From assembly GCA_038087875.1 (NCBI GenBank), contig CM075978.1, forward strand, positions 174,840,001 through 174,904,000: a stretch of DNA of 64,000 bases, written 5' to 3'. Positions within the stretch are counted from its first letter, which is position 1. Every line of letters starts with the position of its first letter. The DNA comes from Malacoraja senta. Its lineage: Eukaryota. This document shows, in pieces, positions 37,287-51,748 of the stretch. The position numbers were made by a program, and so were the translations under genes. A model generated the notes under the pieces. The model saw only the letters and a list, made by a program, of their open reading frames with translations. It had not been told where the DNA came from and made no database searches.

Positions 37287-40200
37287 CTAAGGTACTGGAA
37301 GAGAGAAGGTGAGTGACGGTGAGAAAGGGAGGGAAACATGGAATGAAAACGTCCCCGGGTGTTGTACCTCTTGTGAACAGGTTCACCCACTTAGAAGCTG
37401 AGGGGAAAGAAGTTATCACACTGAGCGGTGGACTGGCTTGCGAAGCAAAAAGGGCTGTTGAGTCAAAACCAAAGCGGCCAACGTCAGGCAACGCCATTGT
37501 AGTTGGAGACTCCATTGTGAGAGGTACGGAGAGGGATTTCTGCGGTAATAGACGGGATTCGAGAATGGCGTGCTGCCTTCCTGGTGCCAGGATCCAGGAT
37601 GTCACGGACAGAGTGCAGAAAATCCTCCAGGGCGAAGGTGAACAGCCGAAAGTGCAGTCGGCACAAACGATGTCGGAAAGAAGGGGATGAATATTCTGCA
37701 GCGTGACTTTAGAGAGCTCGGAAAAATGCTGAAAAGCAGGACCTCCAGGGATGTTATGTCCGGTTTGCTTCCAGTTCCTCGTGCTGGCGAGAGCAGGAAC
37801 AGGGAGATACGGGACCTGAATGTGTGGCTGAGGAACTGGTGCAGGGGGCAGGGATTTAGATTCTTAGATGACTGGGAACTGTTTTGGAGTAAGGGGGAAC
37901 TGTACAAAAGGGACGGATTGCATCTTAACAGGTGGGGGACCAGCATTCTGGCAGGCAGGTTTGCCACTGCTACACGGGTGGTTTTAAACTGAATAAGGGG
38001 GGTGGGGTGTCAAATGGTATAGTCGAGGACGGAGTTAAAGAGAAAAAGTGTAAAGGGAAGGTTAATGACCCCAGAATTAACGGGAAAGGAAGCTCACAAA
38101 GGGATAGGAGAGTATGGCCAAGTGTAATAGGGATCGATGTGAAAGGTGAGATGCGTAAGGAATTAAAAGTATTGAATATGAATGCGCGAAGTATAAGAAG
38201 TAAAGTAGATGAGCTTGAAGCTCAGTTAGAGGTTGGTAGATATGACATTGTGGGGATTACTGAGACGTGGCTGCAGGAGGATCGGGCCTGGGAACTTAAT
38301 ATTCAGGGTTATACATCCTATAAAAAGGACAGGCAGGTGGGCAGAGGAGGGGTGGGGTAGCTCTGCTGGTGAGGGATGGAATTCCGACCCTTGCGAGGGA
38401 AGATATAGGGACTGACGAGGTAGCGTCACTGTGGATTGAGTTGAGGAATTGCAAAGGCAAGAAGACACTAATTGGTGTTATTTACAGACCCCCAAATAGT
38501 AGCCCGGATGCAGGGTGTAAGTTGCAGCAGGAGTTAAAACTGGCATGTAACAAAGGGGGTTTTCAATATGCAGGTAGACTGGGAAAATCAGGTTGGTTCA
38601 GGACCCCAAGAAATAAAATTTGTAGAATGCCTCCGAAATGGATTCTTAGAGCAGCTTGTAATGGAGCCGACCAGAGAAAAGGCAATTCTGGATTTAGTGT
38701 TGTCCAATGAACCAGACATGATAAGACAATTCGAGGTAAAGGAACCGCTCGGAGGTAGTGATCATAATATGATTAGTTTTAATTTGCAATTTGAGAAGGA
38801 GAAGGTTAAATCGGAAGTGGCAGTGATGCAGTTGAACATAGGGGACTATGACGGCATGAGAGGGGAGCTGGCCAAAGTAGATTGGAAAGGGATCCTTGCA
38901 GGAATGACGGTGGAACAGCAATGGCAGGAATTTCTGGGGATAATCCGGAAGACGCAGGATCATTTCATTCCAAAAAGGAAGAAATATTCTAAGGGGAGTA
39001 GGAGGCAACCGTGGCTGACAAGAGAAGTTAGGGATAGAATAAAACTAAAATAAAAGATGTATAACACAGCAAAGAGTAGCCGGAAGCCAGAGGATTGTGA
39101 AACTTTCATAGGACAACAGAAGGAAACAAAACGGGCAATACGGACTGAAAAGATGAAGTATGAAGGGAAGCTGGCCAGGAATATAAAGAAGGACAGTAAA
39201 AGCTTCTTTGGATATGTTAAGGGAAAAAGAGTAGCAAAGTCAAATGTGGGTCCCTTGAAGGCAGACACGGGTGAAATTATTATGGGCAACAAGGAAATGG
39301 CAGAAGAGTTGAATAGGTACTTCGGATCTGTCTTCACTAAGGAAGACACAAACAATCTCCCAGATGTAATGGAGGACAGAGGATCTAAGGGGGTAGAGGA
39401 ACTGAAAGAAATTTTCATTAGGCGGAAAATAGTATTGGGTAGGCTAATGGGACTGAAGGATGATAAATCCCCTGGGCCTGATGGTCTGCATCCCAGGGTC
39501 CTCAGGGAGGTGGCTCTAGAAATAGTGGACGCATTGGTGATCAATTTCCAATGTTCAATAGATTCAGGATCAGTTCCTGTGGATTGGAGGATAGCTAATG
39601 TTATCCCACTTTTCAATAAAGGAGCGAGAGAGAAAACGGGGAATTACAGACCAGTTAGCCTGAATTCGGTGGTGGGAAAGACAATTATTTAAGAGGTAAT
39701 AATGGGGCATTTAGATAGCAGTAAAATGATTAGTCCAAGTCAACATGGATTTAGGAAAGGGAAATCATGCTTGACTAATCTTGTGGAATTTTTTGACGAT
39801 GTGACGAGTAAAATGGATGAAGGGGTAGACTTTCAGAAAGCCTTTGATAAGGTCCCGCACGGACGACTGGTGACTAAAATTAGAGCACATGGTATTGGGG
39901 GTACGGTGTTGACATGGATAGAAAATTGGTTGGCAGAGAGGAAGCAAAGAGTAGGAGTGAACGGGTCCTTTTCAGAATGGCAGGCAGTGGCGAGTGGAGT
40001 GCCGCAAGGCTCGGTGTTGGGGCCGCAACTGTTTACCATATATATTAATGATTTGGAAGAGGGAATTAGGAGCAACACTAGCAAGTTTACGGATGACACA
40101 AACCTGGGTGGCAGAGTGAACTGTGAAAAGGATGTTAGGAGGGTGCAGGGTGACCTGGACAGGTTGAGTGAGTGGGCAGGTGCGTGGCAGATGCAGTATA

Positions 40201-41027
40201 ATATAGATAAATGTGAGGTTATCCACTTTGGCGGCAATAACAAGGGGGCAGATTATTATCTCAATGGGGTTAGCTTAGGCAAGGGGGAGGTACAGCGAGA
40301 TCTGGGTGTCCTTGTACACCGGTTACTGAAAGTTGGCGTGCAGGTACAGCAGGCAGTGAAGAAAGCTAATGGAATGTTGGCCTTCATAACAAGAGGATTT
40401 CAGTATAGGATTAAAGAGGTTCTTCTGCAGTTGTAGTGGGCTCTGGTGATACCACATCTGGAGTATTGTGTACAGTTTTGGTCTCCAAATTTGAGGAAGG
40501 ACATCCTTGTGATTGAGGCAGTGCAGCGTAGGTTCACGAGATTGATCCCTGGGATGGCAGGACTGTCAGATGAGGAAAGATTGAAAAGACTAGGCTTGTA
40601 TTCACTGGAGTTTAGAAGGATGGGGGGGGGGGTCTTATAGAAACATATACAATTATAAAAGTACTGGACAAGCTAGATGCAGGAAAAATGTTCCCAATGT
40701 TGGGCGAGTCCAGAACCAGGGGCCACAGTTTTAGAATAAAAGGGAGGTCATTTAAGACTGAGGTGAGAAAACACCTTTTCACCCAGAGAGTTGTGAATTT
40801 ATGGAATTCCATGCCACAGAGGGCAGTGGAGGCCAAATGACTGGATGGATTTAAGAGAGAGTTAGATAGAGCTCTAGGGGCTAGTGCAGTCAAGGGATAT
40901 GGGGAGAAGGCAGGCACGGGTTATTGATTGGGACGATCAGCCATGATCACAATGAATGGCGGTGCTGGCTCGAAGGGCCGAATGGCCTCCTCCTGCACCT
41001 ATTTTCTATGTTTCTATGTTTCTATGT
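37287..41027 (+). mobile_element. Long CR1 LINE, ORF1 esterase + APE-RT ORF2, inactivated
   Basis: VVGDSIVRG..LPGARI..DGLHLN (SGNH); NARSI..ITETWL, YRPPN, SDH (APE); KFTDD region. Multiple stops and a (TTCTATGT)n tail. Confidence 0.93.
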
Positions 41028-42244
41028 TTGGTATCCACTTAAGCTACAATCGAACTATGTATCTTGACCCTTCTGCTCTACAACCGTTTTGCCGTTTACT
41101 ATTAAGGTCCTGCCCACATTTCACTTCCCAAAATATATAACCTCACACTTATCGTCATTAAACTCGTTAACCATTCATCAGCCCACTTGCCCAAGTGAAC
41201 AAGATCCTGCTGTAACCGTTGATAACCATTTTCGCTATCTACAATATTACCCAATTAACAGTCATCTGCAATCTTACTAATCCGGCTTTGTATGTTCTCA
41301 TCCAAATCGTTGATATACAGTAAGCCACAAACAGTAATAGGCCCAGCATCGATCCTGGAGGCACACCACTATCAGAGCCCTCCACTCCAAACCCTCTGAA
41401 GAAGGGTCTCGACCCAAAACGTCGCCCATTCCTTCTCTCCAGAGATGCTGTCTGTCCCGCTGAGTTACTTCAGCATTTTGTGTCCATCTTTGCTCTAAAC
41501 CAGCAGCTCCAGTTCCTACGTACACAATTGCCACCCTGCAATCTTCCGGCACCTCACCCATATTTGATGATGACTCATATATCTCAGCCAGGTCACCTGC
41601 AGTTTCTTCACTAGCTTCCCGCGGTGCCCTCGGATAAATCTGATCAGGCCCGGAGGATTTCTCTACCTTTTACACGTTAGTACGTTGAGCACCTCTATCG
41701 CAATACAGACTGCCCTCAAGACACTTCCATTCATTGCCCCCAAGTTCCCAGATCTTCATGTTTTTCATGCAAGGAAAAGCCTAGGAGCTATAGATCTGTG
41801 CCTGACATCTATGGCAGATATGTTACTGGAGAGTATTCTGAGATAAGATATATATGCAGCTTTATGAACAATGGCCGATAGGTGACATTGAACCTGTGTA
41901 TTTACGAAGGTAATATAGCCTCACATATGACCAAGAGTTTTGAAGAAGCAACTTAGAAGGTTGAAGATGGCAATGACAGAGAAAATGTTTTCATGGAAGT
42001 TTCTGCATGCCAAGTTACCCTGGAAAGCTAGATGGCGTGAGAGCTAGCTTAATGGGCAGAAATTCTGATTTATGGTAGGCAGTAGTTACAAAAATCAGAT
42101 TGAAGGCTGTGACTCTTGCTGTGTTCATGGATCGGGGCTGGGTCCATTGCTGTTTGTGTTTTATATCAACAATTTGGATGAGAAGAAACAAGGCATGATA
42201 ATAATGTCTGCAGATGCCATTAATGGAGGTGGTATCGGAGACAG

Positions 42245-42550
42245 GGTCGGCACGGCAGCGCAGTGGTAGAGTTGCTGCCTTACAGCGCCAAAGACTCGTG
42301 TTCGATCCTGACTACGGGTGCTGTCTTGTCGAATTTGTACGTTCTCCCTGTGACTACGTGAATTTTCTCCGAGATCTTTAGTTTCCTCCCACACTCCAAA
42401 GCAGTACAGGTTTGTAGGTTAATTGGCTTGATCTAAATGTAAATTGTCCTTAGTGTGTGTGCGCGACAGTGTTAATGTATGGGGATTGCTGGTTGATGCA
42501 GACTTGGTGGGCGAAAGGGCCTGTTTCCACGCTGTACCTCTAAACTTAAA
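42245..42550 (+). mobile_element. HE1-like SINE (paralog of the copy at 63835-64000)
   Basis: cggcacggcagcgcagtggtagagttgctgccttacagcgcc..ttcgatcctgactacggg. Confidence 0.75.
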
Positions 42551-43949
42551 ATACTAACCAGTGAAGACGGTCATCAAAAATTACAGCAGGATCTTGATCA
42601 GTTGGGCACATGGATTGAGGGATAGCCAATGAAGCTTAATGGAAGCAATTGCGAGTTGTTGCATTTTGGGAGTTCACCCCAGGGCAGGACATTTATAGTG
42701 AAGCCAGGGAAATGTTATAGGGCAGAGGGAACTAGGCATACGGATACATAGTTACCTGTACATGGCGTCATAGGTAGATGGGTTAGTAAGGAAAGCTTTT
42801 GGCACATTTTCATTCAGTTGTCAAGGTATTCAGTTCATAATTTGTGTTATGGTGAAGTCGTAGGAGACGATGGTGAGATCACATTTTGAATATTGTTTTC
42901 ACTTTCGGTCACCCTGCTTCAGGAAGGATGTCATTATGCTGGAAATGGTGAATAGAGAAGTTTACCAGATGTTATCAAGACTGGAGGGCCTGAGCAATGG
43001 GGTAAGGTTGGGCGGACTAGGACCACAGGAGACCGAAGGTGATATTCTGGGCGTGTATAACATCATGAGAGAAAAAGATAGGTTTAAATGCTCCGTCATT
43101 TAGCCAGGGTGGGTGAATCAAGAAGCAGAGGCCAAAGGTTTATAGTGAGAGGGAAAGCTTTAATAGGAACCTGAGGGGGAACTTTTTCACTCAGAGGGAG
43201 GTGGGTGTATGAAGCGAGCTACCAGAGGAGATAGTTGGGGCAGGTATAATAACAGCATTTAAATGACAAGTAGATAGGTACTTGGATAGAATAGTGCAAA
43301 GGAATTTTGGCAAAACGCGGGTACATTTGGCGAGCTTCGATTAGCATCTTGGTCAACGTGGACCAATTGGGCCGAAGGGCTTATTTCCCGTGCTCTATGA
43401 TTCTATACCATTATGACAGGCCTGTTCTCGTGCTGCACGACTCTGTGAACCTTCCCAAGTCGCAAAGAAAGCTATATTTCCAACCACGTTTTTTCTGTCA
43501 TGATATCCCCGCAATCTCACGATGGTCTGGCGAATCTTCATCGTAGCCCTATTAAAGAAATTGTTCACTTTTGGAGTAAATGAACTAAACTGTAACAAAT
43601 TAGGCCGGATGTGGTCTCAACTAGGCCGTAGGTTGTTGTAAGATGACAAGTGCATTCTGGTAGTGAAATTCTATAGCAATAACAAATTGGAGGAACAGCA
43701 TCTGATATCTGGGCAGCTTGCACCCCAGTGGTATGAATATTAATTTAACTCACTTCGGGTAGCCCCGGCATTCCCTCTCTCTCTATCCCTCTCCCACCCA
43801 AGTCGCAACAGCTTCTCATTTACACCCTACAAACTGCTTACAATGGCCTGTTTCCTTTATCATCGTTACTTGTTTTGCAGAGCTTTCATTCATTGTTCTT
43901 TACCTCTCCACATCACCGTCTATATCTCTCGTTTCCCTTATCCCTAACC

Positions 43950-44220
43950 AGTCTGCAGAAAGGTCTCGACCCGAAACGTCACCTATTCCTTCTCTTCAGA
44001 GGTGCTGCCCGTCCCGCTGAGTTACTCCAGCTTTTTGTGTTTAAGAAACAACTGCTGATGCTGGAAAAATCGAAGGTAGACAAAAATGCTGGACAAACTC
44101 AGCGGGTGAGGCAGCATCTATGGAGAGAAGGAACAGGCAACGTTTCGGGTCGAGACCCTTATTCCTTCGCTGCATAGATGCTGCGTCACCCGCTGAGTTT
44201 CTCCGGCATTTTTGTCTACC
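43950..44220. repeat. Penelope termini, including an inverted-repeat hairpin at 44075-44220
   Basis: ggtagacaaaaatgctgg..gcagcatcta / tagatgctgc..ccggcatttttgtctacc. Confidence 0.8.
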
Positions 44221-45284
44221 AGCTTTTTGTGTGTATCTAACATTAACTTACCATTTGCTTGTCGAACCTCACTGTTTGGTGGAAATGAATAATGAATAGA
44301 CTTCGGTGACTTGCAGGTACCTTTGAATATCAACATTTCCGCATATCTCACCCTAAAACATATAATCGGCACCTGTGCACTGTCTGTCTACGGGTGTGCA
44401 TAATTTCAATTCCCCCCCATGGTACACCATCTGCCACGGCATTTCCTCATTGTATTTCATCTGTCGTGACATCTTACTCACCACGTATTTTTAAGGCAAC
44501 GCTAAACCTGACCACTTTGCCGAATCCATTGATCCATCAATAAAGGATCATTTCATTTTGATTGGTCACGAGCTGCCACATTGAGAAGTGTCTGTTTATT
44601 CCGATTCTTTGCTTTCGAATCATTAACCGTGTCACAATTCACACGTCTCTGCTGATCCCTATTCTATGTGCTCTTTTCACCGAGCTCCGATTTTGAAAAG
44701 CTGTCGGAAGATTGAATGTCTGCGGAAACCTAAAATAAGCTGCAGCCACTTGCAGACGCACCACGATGTGCACTCCAAGAATTGCAAGGCAGCACATGTT
44801 TGCTATGACACTTGATCTAACCTTCCCGTTTCGCGGCGATCCTGTCCCTCTCTTTCTCTCGCTGTCCAAGTTCAAGTTCGCGTTTATTGTCAATTAACCA
44901 ACTAAGGTCCAGTGGAATTTGAGTTACCACACAGCCATACTAAGTGAAAAGAGCACAGTACACAGATAAACTAAATTTAACATGAACTTGCACCACAATG
45001 GAATCAACATTCCACTGATGGAAGTCAATAAAGTTCAGTCATCTTCCTCCTTTGTTCACCCGTGGTAATCGGGGCCTTGAACACTCGCAGTTCGCCGCTG
45101 CCGACGGTCCGATGCCCAGGCCCTCTCGTCGGGATGATTAAAACTCCGGCGTCGGGTAGGATTGGAACACTCCGCGGCATGGAGTTCCAGAGTCGGCCTC
45201 TTCTAACCGGAGACCGCTCGCTACACGGTGTTCAAGTCCACAAGCCCCGCGGTCTTTGTATTGTATCCAGGGTAAGGGGGGAGT

Positions 45285-48200
45285 ATGAGGGCCAGGGCAG
45301 TTTACTGTTCTGGATGTCAGATGTGGGAGTTCATGGAGTCCGATACCCCTCCAGACGTCCACATCTGTGCCAGGTGCGTCGAGATGGGGCTATTAAGGGA
45401 CCGTGTTAGGAACCTGGTGCAGCAGCTCGATGACCTCTGTCTGATCAGGGAGAGTGAGGAGGTCATATAAAGGAGTTATAGGGAGGTGGGCACTCCAAGA
45501 CCACGGGAGGCAGACACGTGGGTCACGGTTAGGAAGGGCAAGGGGTAGAGGCAGGGACTAGTGAGTACCCCGGTGGCCGTACACCTTGAAAATAAGTACT
45601 CCTGTTTGAGTACTGTTGGGGGGGACAGCTTTCCTGGGGGTAGCGACAGCGGCCGGGCCTCCGGCACAGAGACCGGCCCTATTGCTCAGAAGGGTAGGGA
45701 AAAGAAGAGGAGGGCAATAGTAATAGGGGACTCTATAGTTAGGGGGTCGGATAGGCGATTCTGTGGACGCAGTCATAAGACCCGGATGGTAGTTTGCCTC
45801 CCTGGTGCAAGGGTCAGGGATGTGTCTGAACGCGTCCAAGATATCCTGAAATCGGAGGAGAGGAGCAGAGGTCATGGTACATATAGGTTCCAATGACATA
45901 GGCAGAAAAAGAGAAGAGGTCCTGAAAGGAGAATTTAGGGAGTTGGGAGGAGAGTTAAGGAGAAGGACCGCAAAGGTAACAATCTCAGGATTACTACCTG
46001 TGCCACGCAACAGTGAGAGTAGGAATGGAATGAGGTGGAGAATAAATGCGTGGCTAAGGAACTGGTGCAGCGGGCAGGGATTCAAAATTCTGGATCATTG
46101 GGACCTCTTTTGGGGAAGGTGTGACCTGTACAGAAAGGACGAGTTGCACTTGAACCGGAGGGGGACCAATATCTTGGCGGGGAGATTTGCAAAGGCTACT
46201 GGGGAGACTTTCAACTGGAACGGTTGGGGGGAGGGACTCAAATAGAGAAAGCTAGTAGACAATGCGGGAGGCAGGAGGCAGAGAAGGGAAGCATTCGGAC
46301 CCAAAATGTAGGGGAGAAAGAAGAAAAAGATAATAAACAGAGAATAAGTGGTGGTGGGTTTCTTAAATGTGTATATTTTAATGCTAGGAGCATTGTAAGA
46401 AAGGTGGATGAGCTTAGAGCCTGGATTGACACCTGGAAGTATGATGTTCTGGCGATCAGTGAAACATGGTTGCAGGAGCGGTGTGATTGGAAACAAAATA
46501 TTCCAGGATTTCGTTGCTTCAGGGGTGATAGAATTGGAGGGGCAAGAGGTGGGGGTGTTGCATTGCTTGTCAAGGAAGATATTACAGCAGTGCTTTGGCA
46601 GGATAGATTAGAGAGCTCGTCTAGGGAGGCTATTTGGGTGGAACTGAGAAATGGGAAAGGTGTAGCAACACTTATAGGGGTGTATTATAGACCACCTAAT
46701 GGGGTGCGAGAATTGGAAGAGCAAATATGTAAGGAGATAGCAGATATTAGTAGTAAGCACAAGGTAGTAATTGTGGGAGATTTCAATTTTCCACACATAG
46801 ACTGGGAAACACATTCTGTAAAAGGGCTGGATGGTTTGGAGTTTGTAAAATGTGTGCAGGATAGTTTTTTGCAGCAATACATAGAGGTACCTACTAGAGA
46901 AGGGGCAGTGCTGGACCTCCTGTTAGGAAATGAGACACGGCAGGTGGCGGAGGTATGCGTTGGGGAGCACTTCGGGTCCAGTGATCACAATACCATTAGT
47001 TACAATATAATTATGGAGAGGGTCAGAACTGGACCTAGGGTTGAGATTTTTGATTGGAGAAAGGCTAACTTTGAGGAGATGAGAAAGGATTTAAAAGGAG
47101 TGAATTGGGACGTTGTTTTTATGGGAAGGATGTAGAAGAGAAATGGAGGACATTTAAAGGTGAAATTTTAAGAGTACAGAATCTTTATGTCCCTGTTCGG
47201 TTGAAAGGAAATAGTAAAAATTGGAAAGAGGCATGGTTTTCAAGGGAAATTGGACACTTGGTTCGGAATAAGAGAGAGATCTACAATAATTATAGGCAGT
47301 ATGGAGTAAATGAGGTGCTTGAGGAGTATACAGAATGTAAAAAGAATATTAAGAAAGAAATTAGAAAGTTAAAATAAGATATGAGGTTGCTTTGGCAAGT
47401 AAGGTGAAAGTAAATCCAAAGGGTTTCTACAGCTATATTAATAGCAAAAGGATAACAAGGAATAAAATTGTTCCATTAGAGAGTCAGAATGGACAGCTAT
47501 CTGCAGAGCCAAAAGAGATGGGGGAGATATTGAACAATTTCTTTTCTTCGGTATTCACCAAGGAGAAGGATATTGAATTATGTGAGGCAAGGGAAACAAG
47601 CAGAGTAGCAATGGAAACTATGAGATTCAAAGAAGAGGAGGTGTGGACACTTTTGAAAAATATGAAAACAGATAAGTCTCCAGGTCCTGACAGGATATTC
47701 CCTCGCACATTGAGGGAAGTTAGTGTAGAAATAGCAGGGGCTATGACAGAAATATTTCAAATGTCATTAGAAACGGGAATAGTGCCGGAGAATTGGCGTA
47801 CTGCGCATGTTGTTCCGTTGTTTAAAAAGGGTTCTAATTATAGACCTGTTAGTTTGACGTCAGTGGTCGGCAAATTAATGGAAAGGATACTTAGAGATAA
47901 TATATATAAGCATCTGCATAAGCAGGGTCTGATTAGGAACAGTCAACATGGATTTGTGCCTGGAAGGTCATGTTTGACTAATCTTGAATTTTTCGAAGAG
48001 GTTACTAGGGAAATTGATGAGGGTAAAGCAGTGGATGTTGTCTATATGGACTTCAGTAAGGCCTTTGACAAGGTTCCTCATGGAAGGTTGGTTAAGAAGA
48101 TTCAATTGTTGGGTATTAATGGTGGAGTAGCAAGATGGATTCAACAGTGGCTGAATGGGAGATGCCAGAGAATAATGGTGGATGGTTGTTTGTCAGGTTG

Positions 48201-50079
48201 CAGGCCGGTGACCAGTGGGGTGCCTCAGGGGTCCGTGTTGGGTCCACTGTTGTTTGTAATGTACATCAATGATCTGGATGATGGTGTGGAAAATTGGATT
48301 AGTAAGTATGCAGATGATACTAAGATAGGTGGTGTTGTGGATAATGAAGTAGATTTTCAAAGTCTACAGAGAGATTTAGGCCATTTGGAAGAGTGGGCTG
48401 ATAGATGGCAGATGGAGTTTAATGCTGATAAATGTGATGTGCTACATCTTGGCAGGACAAATCAAAATAGGACGTACATGGTAAATGGTAGCGAATTGAG
48501 GAATGCAGTTGAACAGAGGGATCTAGGAATAACTGTGCATAGTTCCCTGAAGGTGGAATCTCATGTAGATAGGGTGGTAAAGAAAGCTTTTGGTGTGCTG
48601 GCCTTTATAAATCAGAGCATTGAATATAGAAGTTGGGATGTAATGTTAAAATTGTACAAGGCATTGGTGAGGCCAATTGTGGAGTATGGAGTACAATTTT
48701 GGTCGCCCAATTATAGGAAGGATATCAACAAAATAGAGAGAGTACAGAGGAGATTTACTAGAATGTTGCCTGGGTTTCAACAACTAAGTTACAGAGAAAG
48801 GTTGAACAAGTTAGGTCTTTATTCTTTGGAGCACAGAAGATTAAGTGGGGACTTGATAGAGGTCTTTAAAATTATGAGCGGGTTAGACAGAGTTGACGTG
48901 GATAAGCTTTTCCCATTGAGAATAGGGAAGATTCAAACAAGGGGACATGACTTGAGAATTAAGGGACAGAAGTTTAGGGGTAACATTAGGGGGAACTTCT
49001 TTACTGAGAGAGAGGTAGCTGTGTGGAATGAGCTTCCAGTGGAAGTGGTGGAGGTAGGTTCGATTTTATCCTTTAAAAATAGATTGGATGGGTATATTGA
49101 CGGGATTGCGGCGGCGCGGATTACTGCAGCGGCCCCTACAGCCCGTCTGTCTTTTTTTTCCTTTCTAGTTAAATGTAGTTGTTGGGGTTTTTTTGTACAG
49201 TTTTGATTGTGTATATGTGGGGGGCGGGGGGGGGGAGGGGGAAACTTTAAAAAAATCTCTTCCCTGCACGGGAGACCCGACCTTTTCCCTGTCGGGTCTC
49301 CGTTGTCGTTGGGGCCTAGCTCCGTGGAGCGGCCTCCGACCGGGACGACCGTGGAGCTGCGGACTAATATATTACCATCGTGGGGCTGGCCGGCCTCGGA
49401 GCGCGGGGAGCGGTGGTGAGTCGTTGCTGCTCACTCCGGAGCTGCAGCTGCAGCTGCAGACCGGTGGACTGGGACATCGGGAGCTCGCGGGTCCGGGTGA
49501 GAGACCGCTTTCCGGAGCTCCCGCAACGCAACTTCTCCAGCTCGAGTCGCGGGGTTGGAACGACCCGGAGCGGGGCCGTAAATCGCCCGGATCGGGTTTA
49601 ATGTTAAAGCCGCGGGAAATTCCAGCGCCCGCCGGGGCTCCAACTTGTGACTTTGGGCCCGGAGCGAAGCTGTATACCGCCCGGCGCTGCCTCAACGGCC
49701 GTGGGACTTAACATTGCCCGCCTGGGGCTTCAACATCGGGAGAAAAATGGTAGAAGGGAGAGAAATGACTTTGCCTTCCATCACAGTGAGGAGGAGATTC
49801 GCTGTGATGGATGTTTTTCTGTAAATTGAATTGTTTGTGTGTCGTGTAGGAATTGTTTTGTTTGTATGGCTGTGGAAACGGAGTTTCGTTTGAGCCTCTT
49901 TGAGGTTCAAATGACAAGAAATCAAATCAAATCAAAGGAATGGAGGGTTATGGTCTGAGTGCAGGTAGATGGGACAAGGGGGAAGAAAGAAGAAAGAAGG
50001 GGGAAAAAAGTGTTCGGCAAGGACTTGAAGGGCCGAGATGGCCTGTTTCCGTGCTGTAATGGTTATATGGTTATATGGT
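45285..50079 (+). mobile_element. Near full-length CR1 LINE, frameshifted, 3-prime end split by a nested insertion
   Basis: ORF1 CxxC..CxxC plus GDS/DxxH esterase; ORF2 APE (46224-47135) and RT (47392-49100, SKYADD). The 3-prime UTR resumes at ~49935 and ends (tggttata)n. Confidence 0.9.
49108..49934 (+). mobile_element. GC-rich non-coding repeat with (AAATC)n tail nested in CR1
   Basis: Interrupts the CR1 between ..tatattgacggga and aggaatggagggttatgg.. Confidence 0.7.
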
Positions 50080-50654
50080 CGGAGCTCTTCTTCTGGCGAT
50101 CGTCGGTAAAGGATCCCCGGTTCCGCTCCGCGCTCGCGGCTGAAGCTCCGTGCCCGGTACCCAGGAAAGGCGCACCATTCCAGGATGTTAGGCCGCAAAA
50201 GGAGGGGAGAGGGGCGGGGGAGATGCGACAAGGAGCAAATCGCATCTCCGTCGAAGTAAGTGACCGAAACAATGTTTCCCCAAACCCCCCCCCCCTTCAA
50301 CCCCACATAAACTAACCAAAACACATTGGAAACCAAACGGAAGTTTCACATTTGCTACTTAGAACTATCCTGGAATAATTACTGAATCTATAGAACCACG
50401 GAGGATAATATATAATATATATATTTCAAAATTCTACAAATCTGTGAACATTGAAGACTGAAGAAGCGTTGCGGCCCGAAACGTTGCCTATTTCCTTCGC
50501 TCCATAGACGCTGCTGCACGCGCTGAGTTTCTCCAGCACTTTTGTCTACCTTCGATTTTCCAGCATCTGCAGTTCCTCCTTAAACAACATAGAAGACCAG
50601 CTGATTGTAATTCTTCAATGCTTGGACGCATAAACCTCTTCAATGGTGGTAACT

Positions 50655-50945
50655 GTTCGAGATGCTGCCTCACATTGGCGGAGATCCTAGTTCGATCCTA
50701 ACCTCGTTCGGTGCTGACTGTGTGGAATTTGCAATTTCTCCTTGTAACTACATGGATTTTCTACGTGTGATTTCTTCCTACATCCCAAAGACTTGCTGCT
50801 TTGTTGGCTGCTGTAATTTGCCCTTAACATGCAGGTAGTGGGTGAGAAAGTGGGATAACATGGAACTGGTGTGAAGGGGTGATCGATGGTTGGTGTGGAT
50901 TAGATGCTCCGTTGGGACTGTTTCTATATTCTCTAAATTCTAAAT
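50655..50945 (+). mobile_element. HE1-like SINE
   Basis: gctgcctcaca..gttcgatccta..cttcctacatcccaaagac..ctaaattctaaa. Confidence 0.55.
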
Positions 50946-51523
50946 TCTTTAGTAACATTTAGGTTTTGAAAGTATTTATTTTCCTTTATCCCCTGCGCCC
51001 GTCCTTTATTCAACGGCATATCCATAAGCCTCATTTGTCCTTTTCCCAAGGCAGAGATAATGTACAGTATATGATTATTTGTTGTACGCGTTGGTTTTCC
51101 TCTCCCATTCTAACTGCTGCAATATCTTTAAAGCGCTTAGATTTGACTGGCGTGGCATTTCCTTTCGACACATTCCACGAATCCTATTTATGTATTTCTC
51201 GTTGCGTTACTTTGATATTATACTTTCGATTGGCCATATCATATAAAGCATATGTAAAAGTTAACCGGGTTTGTGACATAAGCGAAGCAGCATCAAATTT
51301 AAACTTTTCATGATACACAAAATGTGCCATATTCTCTTGATAATATCTGCAACGTCTGTGTCCTCCGTGACATTAAGTGTGCTTTTCAGCGCTATGACGT
51401 AAAAAAGTGAAACAGAACCATTCGGGCCACGCGGTATTGCTGCAAGACGGTCGCCAACAAGCTTCACTGCTTGACTCGCTGTCAAAGAGGAAACATCGTT
51501 GAATTTCACCCCCTTTGTTCAGA

Positions 51524-51578
51524 ATGTTTATGTTTGCCGTGCTGCTGTGTCTCTCGATCCTGCACATGAGTTACACAG
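51524..51578 (+). CDS. Gene D leader exon (MFMFAVLLCLSILHMSYT)
   Basis: ATG at 51524, classic hydrophobic signal, donor ACAG|gttaat in phase 1, 170 bp before the V exon. Confidence 0.78.
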
Positions 51579-51748
51579 GTTAATATATTTCTCTCTATTA
51601 AATGAAAATATCAGGGAAAAAGTCAATCCGCGAAAAGTATAAGATGTACAACTCTTACTTTTCGGTCTATCTATCTCAGTCATTTGGAATTTTATCGATC
51701 CATTCAATGTCATTTCACATGTTTAACGTTTGTTTTTAATTCTGACAG

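Larger units (their letters stand above)
33132..42410 (+). repeat. Segmental duplication copy A, paralogous to 52298-64000
   Basis: Collinear unique-sequence matches: 33132-33706/52298-52866, 34624-34800/52871-53065, 35560-37286/59597-61700, 41080-42410/62700-64000. Confidence 0.88.

Noticed and set aside
38960-39616. Long antisense ORFs over CR1 ORF2 (also 39833-40243, 46095-46573, 55369-56283)
   Set aside because: Common antisense shadows of CR1 coding sequence.
44252-44271. Possible minus-strand micro-exon with good acceptor and G|gtaagt donor
   Set aside because: No upstream TM or Ig exon to connect it to.
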